Virus record (IMG/VR): IMGVR_UViG_3300008261_000125
Span: 31,568-95,567 of that record
Origin: a virus
Strand: one strand, 5' to 3'
DNA: 64,000 nt
Shown: positions 20,155 to 28,622 of the stretch, piece by piece
How the letters are laid out: each line of letters opens with the position of its first letter
Position numbering within the stretch: the first letter of the stretch is position 1
Made by a program: the position numbers and the translations under genes
The notes under the pieces: generated by a model
Database searches by the model: none
The model's input: the letters and a program-made list of their open reading frames with translations, nothing else
Told to the model about the DNA's origin: nothing

Positions 20155-21825
20155 TTAATCCCAGTTATGCAAAGGTTTACGTGAACTTGATGTTTTAACT
20201 TCTTCAACATCAGTTACAGCTTTAGCTGCAGGTTTTTTTATAATTTTTACATTTTCAACAACAGGTTTAGCTACAGGAGTTTTTCTAATATTAGTTACAA
20301 CATTCTTTGTAGTTACTTTTGTTTTTGGAGTTATTTTATTAACTTTTTTACTATTTAATGCATTAGGATGTTGAATAGCTTTTTCAGCTTCTTCTCTTAA
20401 TATTTTATTTTGTAATTGAAGATTTTTAATTTCTTTATCTTTTTTTTGTTCTTGACCATATCCTTGTAAAGATCTTGTTCCAATATTAACAACAAATCCA
20501 GGAGGCATTTTTTCAGCAATTTTTGGAGCATTTTCTATAACATAGTCAATACCTTTTTTACCATATTTATTAATAGCATCTATACCAGCTTCACCATATT
20601 TTTGGACTAGCTCGTATCCTTTTGTACCATATTTTTGTAAAAATTTTCCTACTTCAGGGCCATACTTTAATGCTGCTTGACCTATTTGTTTAGCATACTG
20701 AACAGGTGCAGTATAGGCTTTTGCACCAAACCAAGTTGTAGGATCAGCAGCAACATCTGTATAAATGTTTCCTGTACTTTCCCATTCACCTGTTAATAAA
20801 TTATTTACACCATATAATGGAGCATTTAACATATTGGCTGCATAATCTATAACACCTTCTGAATTTGCTGGATTTAATTTAGCAACAAATTGATTAAGTT
20901 TTTTCTTACTTGGATTTTCTACTACACCTTTTCCTGATTTAGGTGGTGGAGCAAATTCATACATATCTCCTGACCATCTTTTCCCTACTTTTTCAGCGTA
21001 ATCTTCTATAGATTTAAGATCAAAATAACCATGTTCTTGTTTAAGATTACCTTCTTCATCAAATCTATCACCAGAACCACTTACCCATTCAGACTCTTCA
21101 GCAATATTTAATTTAGGTTTACTTTTTCTAAACTTATCTCTTTCTGCATATGTTTTACCATAATTTTCATTAATTAGTTTATTATTATTAGTATATTGAT
21201 CTAAGAGATATTTAGGTATTTTTTCACCTGATTCATTATATTGCCCAAATTGTTTTAGTAAATTTCTTTCTTTAGTTTCTAAAATCTCTAAAGAAGGTAT
21301 ATAACTTTTTTTGGCTCCACCTTTTTGTTTTGTATCAAACTGAGATATCATATTTCCACCATATCTAGCTTCACCTGTATCAGCATCTGGTTCTTCTTCT
21401 TGAGACTGAGTAGGTAAATAGCTAGAAGGATCAATGTCATTCTCAATGATATATGGCATAGCAATAGCAGGTATACCTTGAGGGAAACCTTTCATTGATT
21501 CTTGAATTAAAGCAAGTTTAGCTAACTTTAAATTGTAGTTAGATATCATTGCTTCTGCAGTTTTTCTTTGTAAATCTTCAGAATTAGGATCAGCAAGTAT
21601 TTGTCTGAACTTATTAATATCAAACTTCTTAGCTATTTCAGCTGGAGTATATCCTGCTTTTTTAGGAACCATTCCAAACTGAGCTATTATAATAGGATCC
21701 TTTATTTTCATCTTAGCTGTATCACTAAAAATAAAAGAGTTATCAGGAAGGTTTAATGGTGTACCACCTTGACTATGTCTTTTACCACCAATCTTAAAAT
21801 GAGCTGGTAATCCTCCTAAACTCAT
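20155..21825 (-). CDS. Putative virion cargo protein (GKRHSQGG motif); true start uncertain
   Basis: 556 aa from the first ATG. The frame stays open upstream to 21882 (KNIAREGANLEAEKGETAV), immediately after the TAA of the preceding gene. Confidence 0.55.
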   Translation of the reverse strand: MSLGGLPAHFKIGGKRHSQGGTPLNLPDNSFIFSDTAKMKIKDPIIIAQFGMVPKKAGYTPAEIAKKFDINKFRQILADPNSEDLQRKTAEAMISNYNLKLAKLALIQESMKGFPQGIPAIAMPYIIENDIDPSSYLPTQSQEEEPDADTGEARYGGNMISQFDTKQKGGAKKSYIPSLEILETKERNLLKQFGQYNESGEKIPKYLLDQYTNNNKLINENYGKTYAERDKFRKSKPKLNIAEESEWVSGSGDRFDEEGNLKQEHGYFDLKSIEDYAEKVGKRWSGDMYEFAPPPKSGKGVVENPSKKKLNQFVAKLNPANSEGVIDYAANMLNAPLYGVNNLLTGEWESTGNIYTDVAADPTTWFGAKAYTAPVQYAKQIGQAALKYGPEVGKFLQKYGTKGYELVQKYGEAGIDAINKYGKKGIDYVIENAPKIAEKMPPGFVVNIGTRSLQGYGQEQKKDKEIKNLQLQNKILREEAEKAIQHPNALNSKKVNKITPKTKVTTKNVVTNIRKTPVAKPVVENVKIIKKPAAKAVTDVEEVKTSSSRKPLHNWD

Positions 21826-21882
21826 TACAGCTGTTTCACCTTTTTCTGCTTCAAGATTTGCACCTTCTCTAGCAATATTTTT

Positions 21883-24800
21883 TTAATAGCGTTGTACTGT
21901 GTATCCTAATTTTTGTAATCTATCAATCTCATCTTCATCAATATCTGCTTCATAATACTCATCATCTTCATCTGAGGAACCTCCCATAGCATAACCACCA
22001 TATCTCATTGCTGGTTGCATTTGTTCTTGCTCAGGTTGTTGTTGTTCAGACATTTGTAATTGGTTAATTACAGTATCAATTATTTCAGAAGCTTGTTCTT
22101 CAGGTAAACCCATTTCAACAAGTTGTTCTAAAATCTGTTCTGATTCAGCACCTTGTTGTAACATTTGTGCAACACCTTGCATGATTTGTTGTTCTCTACC
22201 ATCTTGTTGTTGCATACCTCCATCTTGCATAAAGCCACCATAAGCTGCTACAGATTGTCCATGAAATTGTACAGGTGTATGATCCCGTGATCTTAACCTA
22301 CCTGAATTAATTTCAGTATCACCTTGACTTATTGCATTTTCTGGAGTTTTTATTTTTGCATTATCTGCTACTGTAGATGCTTTAAGATTTCTTTTATTAG
22401 GTGCTACCTCTGATATTTGTTCTAAACCACTTGAAATCATATCTGCTCCGGTAATTTCCCAATTAGCCATAGCCTCTTGGTTAAATTTAGGTTTACTCTT
22501 TTCAGTTATTTCAACTTGTTTTTCATCTCTACCCATACCTTTCATTTCAATATTTTTATGTTGTAACCCAACTGATTCGGGTGTAGAGTATGCTGGTTGA
22601 GAAGCACCTTGATAAGATATATTTGAAGGTGCTGCACCTGGAGCATTACCAGATGGTTGAAAAGGAGAACCTTGATTAGAAAATAAAATAGGATTAGAAG
22701 ATACTCCTAAATTACCAGTTGAAGATTGAACACCAACTTGAGCTTTTGCTAATCCTCCATATTCTTTTTGTCTAGCTCTATTTTTAAATTTTTTAAGTAT
22801 TTCTGCATCTAATGGATTTTTACTATCTAATACCATTAATGTATCTGATGTAGGGAAAACTTTTGCTATATCATCATAAGAAGCTTCTGCTACATTAACA
22901 CATCCATAAGAAGTACATCTCATGTTAGGATTTTGAGAGTTTAATTTTTTCATCCTTTCTACAAATACAGGATCTTTAGGATTAAATGCATTATCTGAAT
23001 AGACTCTATGAAAACCTAAATCATTAGCAGCAGGAGCAGGTTGACCATAAGCAGATATAGGATTCATATCTCTTGTTTTTCCTTTATAAGCTTTTTTAAT
23101 ATAATTATAATATGAACCTGGTTTACCTAGACTTCCATCATCTTCCTCAAGAACCATTGTTTTTAAATCAGGGTGTGTTAAAGCAGGTTTTCCTAAAGTA
23201 TAATAACCAACTGGAGTAGCTCTTAATGATGGGTTATTTGCTAATTGTATTAAATTATAAGGATTATAATTAGATTCAACATTTGAACCAGTTAATACAG
23301 GAAATGAACCTGCTTGTCCTTTGTCTCCAATATAATAAGCTTGATTAGTTCTTTTATCAACTACTACTCCAGATTGAGGGGCTTTTCTTTTATCTACTTT
23401 ATTTTGAGTTAATTTTTTAGCAGATGGACCAAAAGGATTTTGATAAATATGGTTTAAGTTATTAGTTACTGCAGGCATTGGAGAACTGCTTTTAACATTT
23501 GATTTTTCTGGTAATGTTCTTGGAGCAGGAACTGCTTTAACAGGAGTCTTTACTCCTTTTGTAGGTTTAGTTTCTGATTTAACTTTACTTACATTTTCTT
23601 TATTTACAACTTTTGGTTTATTATCAGATGTATTTCTATAAGAAATTTTAGTAGGATTAGCAACATCATTCAATATATTTGCTAAATTAACTTCTGGTTC
23701 TTCTTGTTGCATTTGAAGTACTTTTGCTTGAATAGCATTCATAATCTCAGGGTGATATGCTTCATCATTATTTTCATATGCTTCATCATTATTTTCAAAA
23801 GCATTACCATGATTAAATGGGTTCATCATCATCTCAACAGTCTGACCTTGAGGTCCTATTCTTGATGATTTAAATCCTCCATCTTGGTAGAATCCACCAT
23901 ATCTTTGTATTCTTGGGCCAGATTGAGGAATCATTGCTTCTTTTTGGAAATTATAATTTGTTTCTACATTATTTACTGGATTAGCAGGGTTATTCTGATA
24001 AGCATTTATTTCATCCATTACTTGATCTTCATCAATATCTTTATATCCAAAATTATAATGACCTTGAACTGGTATATTATTTTGAACTGGTGGAGTGTAT
24101 TGAGAATAAGAAGGATTTAACATATCATTTGCATACTGTTCAAAATCCATATCTTTATAATTCTCTCTTTGTCTAGGTAAAGATTGTAATTTATTTTTTA
24201 ATTCAGCTGCTCTTCTTTCTGGCATATCTTCTACAGTATGCACTGCAGGGAATCCTTCAGTAAATCCTCTTGGTTGTACTTGTATAGGATCACCTTTATA
24301 TTCACTATATGGAGTTTGATCTTTATAACCAAATTTCATTTTAGTTTTACTCCATGGTCCAAAATGTCTATGACTAAACTCTCTAAGATTACTACTAGGG
24401 TTGTTAGCTAATTTCTTTAAAGCTTCTACATCACTAGAAGAAATTGAATGTTTATATCCATAGTTCATTGGAAAATACCTCATACCATATCCTTGGTTAT
24501 AGTAATGAGCTGGATAACCATATTGTTGAGGAGCATAGCCATAAGGATAATAATCTCTTTTTGGTTGTTTTTGTGACTCTTGATATTGAGATATTATTTG
24601 ATCTAATAACTTTTCTCTTTCTGCTGCTTTTTTATTAACCTCAGTTTCTTTAGTATCTTTTGTTTCAATACCTTCTTGTGCTTTAACTTCTTTAACTTTA
24701 GTTTTATCTTTAGTACCCATGGTGTTAAATACATCCATAGTTGAACTACCTAAGTTAGCAGCTGCTTGACTTAATCCTGCTTGACCTTGATTAATGTTTT

Positions 24801-26178
24801 GTTGTAACATTTGTTGGTAAGCTTGATTTTGAGGATTAAGTTGTGGACCACCCATTTGCTTGTATTGTTCAAGCATGCTGTTTCCTTCTTCCTCTACTAA
24901 TGAATTATGTAAATTAGTTTTAATAGCATTATCAAATTCTTCTCTTCTTTTACCTGGATAGTCTGTAGCATTACCTCCTTGCATTACTGTATCTCCACCT
25001 TTAGAGAATAGTTTCTTTTTAGCTTTCTTTAGGTTGTTTATTAAGCTGTAGAAGGATCCACCTTTCTCAAACTCATTACCACCTTCTTGAAATACAGGAT
25101 ACTCATCCATATTAGATTGGTCTAACATTCCACCATATTCAGTATTAGGAAATGCACCATAGTTCATAGGAGAAGCAACATCACCTCCATCATCCATATA
25201 TCCACCACAATTCATACATGGCATTTCATTAGCACCATTAGGTAAACCTCCACCATAAGCAAAACCAGTAGAACCAGCCATTGTAATAGGATTATCTGTT
25301 GCTGAACCAATTGGTGTATTAATTCTTGTTTGTTTTAATGTACCTTCAGCACCAGGAGCACCTTGTATAAAATTAGCTACATAGTCTCCTTTATCAGTAT
25401 ATGATTTAGCAGGATCAATTTCTTGCCCTGTCTTTTTATCAAAGTATCTTCTTGTAGGATTTGCATAACCAGAATTAACATCAGGATACATATATGAATC
25501 ATAATTTTGACTTTGATTACCTGGAGATGAAAACCATTTTCTATCTATTTTATCTTGATCTTTTAAAGGAGTTGGTTGAGGTTTAGAAATAGAAGTTGCA
25601 GGAGTTGTTTGAGCTGTTTCAGTATAAACTGGTTTATAATATTGTTCAAAATCTTTAGCAGCATCTTTAGATATATGACCAGCTTCAACTAATGATTGAG
25701 GACTAACTCCAGATTGTAATCTACTTATCATTGATTGCTTCCAATCACCACTTGTACCAGAACCACTTCCAGGACTACTAATAGCTTTATCAGCTTTCTT
25801 ATCATAGAATGTTTTACTTCCTACAGAACCTAACATATTATATCCTGGTTCTACAGTAGATACTTTAGTAGCACCTCTAGGTTCTTCTTTTAATACAGGA
25901 GGATTTGGATTATTCATCCCTCCTGGTTCAAAATACCCACCATAAGCAAAATTACCAAATGGTATATTTAAATTACCATATGTAGGATCTCCAAAACTGA
26001 AGAACTCATCAGCAGTAGGTTGTCCATTGTGAGGAGCACCACTTAGTGATCCACCATGTTTCATTTGCTTATAACTTTCCCAATCTTCTTTAGTTGGAAA
26101 CTCTTTATAAAAAGCAGCTTTGCCTTCTGGGGTATTTGGAAACCCTGCTTCTGCTAAAATTTCATCTATCTTGCTCAT
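21883..26178 (-). CDS. Large low-complexity virion protein with an L,D-transpeptidase (YkuD-like) domain and many xxGG motifs
   Basis: Likely ATG at 26178 (the track's 26184 start is a TTG). VVVDKRTN...TPVGYY...GFHR...SYGCVNV matches the YkuD His/Cys signature. Confidence 0.65.
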   Translation of the reverse strand: MSKIDEILAEAGFPNTPEGKAAFYKEFPTKEDWESYKQMKHGGSLSGAPHNGQPTADEFFSFGDPTYGNLNIPFGNFAYGGYFEPGGMNNPNPPVLKEEPRGATKVSTVEPGYNMLGSVGSKTFYDKKADKAISSPGSGSGTSGDWKQSMISRLQSGVSPQSLVEAGHISKDAAKDFEQYYKPVYTETAQTTPATSISKPQPTPLKDQDKIDRKWFSSPGNQSQNYDSYMYPDVNSGYANPTRRYFDKKTGQEIDPAKSYTDKGDYVANFIQGAPGAEGTLKQTRINTPIGSATDNPITMAGSTGFAYGGGLPNGANEMPCMNCGGYMDDGGDVASPMNYGAFPNTEYGGMLDQSNMDEYPVFQEGGNEFEKGGSFYSLINNLKKAKKKLFSKGGDTVMQGGNATDYPGKRREEFDNAIKTNLHNSLVEEEGNSMLEQYKQMGGPQLNPQNQAYQQMLQQNINQGQAGLSQAAANLGSSTMDVFNTMGTKDKTKVKEVKAQEGIETKDTKETEVNKKAAEREKLLDQIISQYQESQKQPKRDYYPYGYAPQQYGYPAHYYNQGYGMRYFPMNYGYKHSISSSDVEALKKLANNPSSNLREFSHRHFGPWSKTKMKFGYKDQTPYSEYKGDPIQVQPRGFTEGFPAVHTVEDMPERRAAELKNKLQSLPRQRENYKDMDFEQYANDMLNPSYSQYTPPVQNNIPVQGHYNFGYKDIDEDQVMDEINAYQNNPANPVNNVETNYNFQKEAMIPQSGPRIQRYGGFYQDGGFKSSRIGPQGQTVEMMMNPFNHGNAFENNDEAYENNDEAYHPEIMNAIQAKVLQMQQEEPEVNLANILNDVANPTKISYRNTSDNKPKVVNKENVSKVKSETKPTKGVKTPVKAVPAPRTLPEKSNVKSSSPMPAVTNNLNHIYQNPFGPSAKKLTQNKVDKRKAPQSGVVVDKRTNQAYYIGDKGQAGSFPVLTGSNVESNYNPYNLIQLANNPSLRATPVGYYTLGKPALTHPDLKTMVLEEDDGSLGKPGSYYNYIKKAYKGKTRDMNPISAYGQPAPAANDLGFHRVYSDNAFNPKDPVFVERMKKLNSQNPNMRCTSYGCVNVAEASYDDIAKVFPTSDTLMVLDSKNPLDAEILKKFKNRARQKEYGGLAKAQVGVQSSTGNLGVSSNPILFSNQGSPFQPSGNAPGAAPSNISYQGASQPAYSTPESVGLQHKNIEMKGMGRDEKQVEITEKSKPKFNQEAMANWEITGADMISSGLEQISEVAPNKRNLKASTVADNAKIKTPENAISQGDTEINSGRLRSRDHTPVQFHGQSVAAYGGFMQDGGMQQQDGREQQIMQGVAQMLQQGAESEQILEQLVEMGLPEEQASEIIDTVINQLQMSEQQQPEQEQMQPAMRYGGYAMGGSSDEDDEYYEADIDEDEIDRLQKLGYTVQRY
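23755..23796. repeat. Perfect 21-nt tandem duplication (ENNDEAY x2) inside a CDS
   Basis: atatgcttcatcattattttc occurs twice back to back. Confidence 0.9.
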
Positions 26179-26181
26179 ATA

Positions 26182-26189
26182 CAAATATA
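26182..26189 (-). promoter_or_regulatory. Bacteroidota sigma-A type -7 element TATATTTG
   Basis: Matches TAnnTTTG; lies 3 nt upstream of the ATG at 26178. Confidence 0.55.
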
Positions 26190-26198
26190 TTGAATTTA

Positions 26199-28622
26199 TT
26201 AAATATCATCAAGCCAATTAGTAGATTCCCCACCATCTTGGTACTTTAAATTTGGTTTATATCTTCTTTTACCAGAAGGTCCATAAATAGTTTCATTTCT
26301 TAACATAATATCATTTATGCTAGTTTGAATATTTTTAGATGTAAATCTTTTTAAACCTTTTTGACCACCTTTTTTAAACTCATCTTCATACTCATCCAAC
26401 CATTCTCCACCTTCTTCTTTCTTCATTCTTTTTTTAGCTTGATTTAAGAGTTTTAAATCTTTAGGTCTTTTACTATCAATTACCATAAGTGTATCAGGAT
26501 TAGGAAACATCTTATTTATTTTATCATAAGAATTATCTCCAACATTTACACAACCATAAGAACCACATCTTAATTTAGGATCTGCTTGTCTTAATAATTC
26601 TAATCTTTTATTATACTCAACATCATCAGCATTATAAGCATCATCTGCATAAAGTCTGTGAAAAGCTAAATTAGCAGCACTAGGAGCTGCTTGCCCATAT
26701 GCAGGAATTGGATTTAAATATCTAATTTTAGATTTATAATTAACATCTTCATCATCACCTTTAACAGGAGTTAATTGTTTTTCTAAATTATAATAACCTA
26801 CTGGAGTACCTCTTAATTTACGGTTTTGTGCTAGTTGCTCTACAGTATATGGGTTTACATTTAAATCAGGGTTAGCACCTGTCATTACATTAAAAGAAAG
26901 TGTTTTACCATTATCTCCTACTGCATAAGCAATGTTAGTTCTTTTATCAACTACTACTCCAGATTGAGGTATCTTTCTATTGTCTTTATAAACTATAGGA
27001 TATTTTTCTCCTGAAGCTAATCTGTTATCATAATATTCAGGATGATAACCACCTCCTACTTGATACTCATCTAACCATCCTCCATTTTTAAAAGTTTTTG
27101 ATAAACTTAAACCCTGATAATCTGGAGAAATATTTGCCCCTATAGATATATCATTATTTAATTGATAATTTGCACCCACATATGGATTTATAATACCTGT
27201 TTGTTCAAATGTTTTAATAGGTATATAATTTCCAATATTACCTGTTAGTTTTCCTTTACCAAAAGATAATCCTAAATCTTTATATGATTCTCCTAACCAG
27301 TTCATATTTTCATTCCATCCTTCTAATAATTTATTTTCTGAAAGGTTAAATTTTGGAATAATATCTATTTGTCTTGGTTTATTATGTATATTATTTATAC
27401 CTCCTTTTTGCATATGAGTATGAGTCTTAGTGTTCTGTCCACCAAAAGGATAATGACCTGTTATGTTAGGTAGAGAAGGATCTCCACCATAAGCTACTGT
27501 ATTTAAGTCTTTAGTTTGATTATTTTTAGCTAAAGTATTAAGCATATCAATAATGGTATCATCATCATAATAAAATCTAAGATCAGAAATAGGTAGTTTA
27601 ATAGATTTATTATCAAGTATAGATTTATTTACTTTTTGACCAGGCTTTAAATTAAGAGTTCTTCTAATATCCATTATTCTAGGATACATACCATCTTTAT
27701 CTAAATATTTTTTTTGTTTTTCAAACTCGCTATAAATACCAGGATATTTTTGTTTTGCTTTATCAAAAGAATCATAGACTTTATTATAATTATCATCAAA
27801 ATTATAATCTCCATACATCTCTACAAATTTTTTATCAGAATTTTGTTTCTTATCTAAATAGTTGCTCAATATAACATCCTCCATAGTTTTTTGCAAAGGG
27901 CCTGCACCATGTGTTTGTTCATGAGTAATTACTCCTGGATTATTAAAAGTATTAACCATTGATACATGGTAATTAGGTATATAAACACCAAGTTCTCCAG
28001 GATCACCTGAAAAATAAGGATTACTTGAAGAAATATTACTAGGTGTTTTCCATCCTTGTAAAGAGTTATTATATTCTATATCATTTTGACTAACATCAGC
28101 TTTTTTTACTAACTCTCTACTAAACATTGGTAAAGCATTAAGTTTGTTTATAACTTCTTTTGTTAAAATTTTTGGATTTATATCATTAGTAAGAATATTT
28201 GACTTTAAGTTTTTACTTAATCTTTTTTGTGTTTCTGGATGCTGCAACCAATTGACTAAAAAAGGATCTACATCAGGTGCCATCTTATATGTACTTTGTA
28301 CATCATCTGTATTATTCCACCAGTCACTTATAGGATTACCTTTTTGCTTACCTTTCTGAGCCATAGGTATTTCAGTAACATACTGTCCTGGAAACTGATA
28401 GTCCATACCAGGATACATCATCTGACCATAACCTAAGTCATCTTCTCCATATACAGGGTAATTTACACCCTGCATTGTTATATCATTAGAAGGAATTTTA
28501 GTTACTTGTCCAGGGTATTTCCACTGACCTAAGTTAGTATATTGTACATCATCCTTATATGGATCTGTTTTACCTTTTGGTTTAACTATGTACTCATTTC
28601 TAGGTATCTTATTCTGTTTCAT
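26199..28622 (-). CDS. Multi-domain virion protein: zincin-like HExxH segment plus L,D-transpeptidase-like domain
   Basis: 807 aa. THEQTH at ~27909-27926. Second YkuD-like domain (AFHRLY...SYGCVNV) at ~26450-26970. Confidence 0.65.
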   Translation of the reverse strand: MKQNKIPRNEYIVKPKGKTDPYKDDVQYTNLGQWKYPGQVTKIPSNDITMQGVNYPVYGEDDLGYGQMMYPGMDYQFPGQYVTEIPMAQKGKQKGNPISDWWNNTDDVQSTYKMAPDVDPFLVNWLQHPETQKRLSKNLKSNILTNDINPKILTKEVINKLNALPMFSRELVKKADVSQNDIEYNNSLQGWKTPSNISSSNPYFSGDPGELGVYIPNYHVSMVNTFNNPGVITHEQTHGAGPLQKTMEDVILSNYLDKKQNSDKKFVEMYGDYNFDDNYNKVYDSFDKAKQKYPGIYSEFEKQKKYLDKDGMYPRIMDIRRTLNLKPGQKVNKSILDNKSIKLPISDLRFYYDDDTIIDMLNTLAKNNQTKDLNTVAYGGDPSLPNITGHYPFGGQNTKTHTHMQKGGINNIHNKPRQIDIIPKFNLSENKLLEGWNENMNWLGESYKDLGLSFGKGKLTGNIGNYIPIKTFEQTGIINPYVGANYQLNNDISIGANISPDYQGLSLSKTFKNGGWLDEYQVGGGYHPEYYDNRLASGEKYPIVYKDNRKIPQSGVVVDKRTNIAYAVGDNGKTLSFNVMTGANPDLNVNPYTVEQLAQNRKLRGTPVGYYNLEKQLTPVKGDDEDVNYKSKIRYLNPIPAYGQAAPSAANLAFHRLYADDAYNADDVEYNKRLELLRQADPKLRCGSYGCVNVGDNSYDKINKMFPNPDTLMVIDSKRPKDLKLLNQAKKRMKKEEGGEWLDEYEDEFKKGGQKGLKRFTSKNIQTSINDIMLRNETIYGPSGKRRYKPNLKYQDGGESTNWLDDI

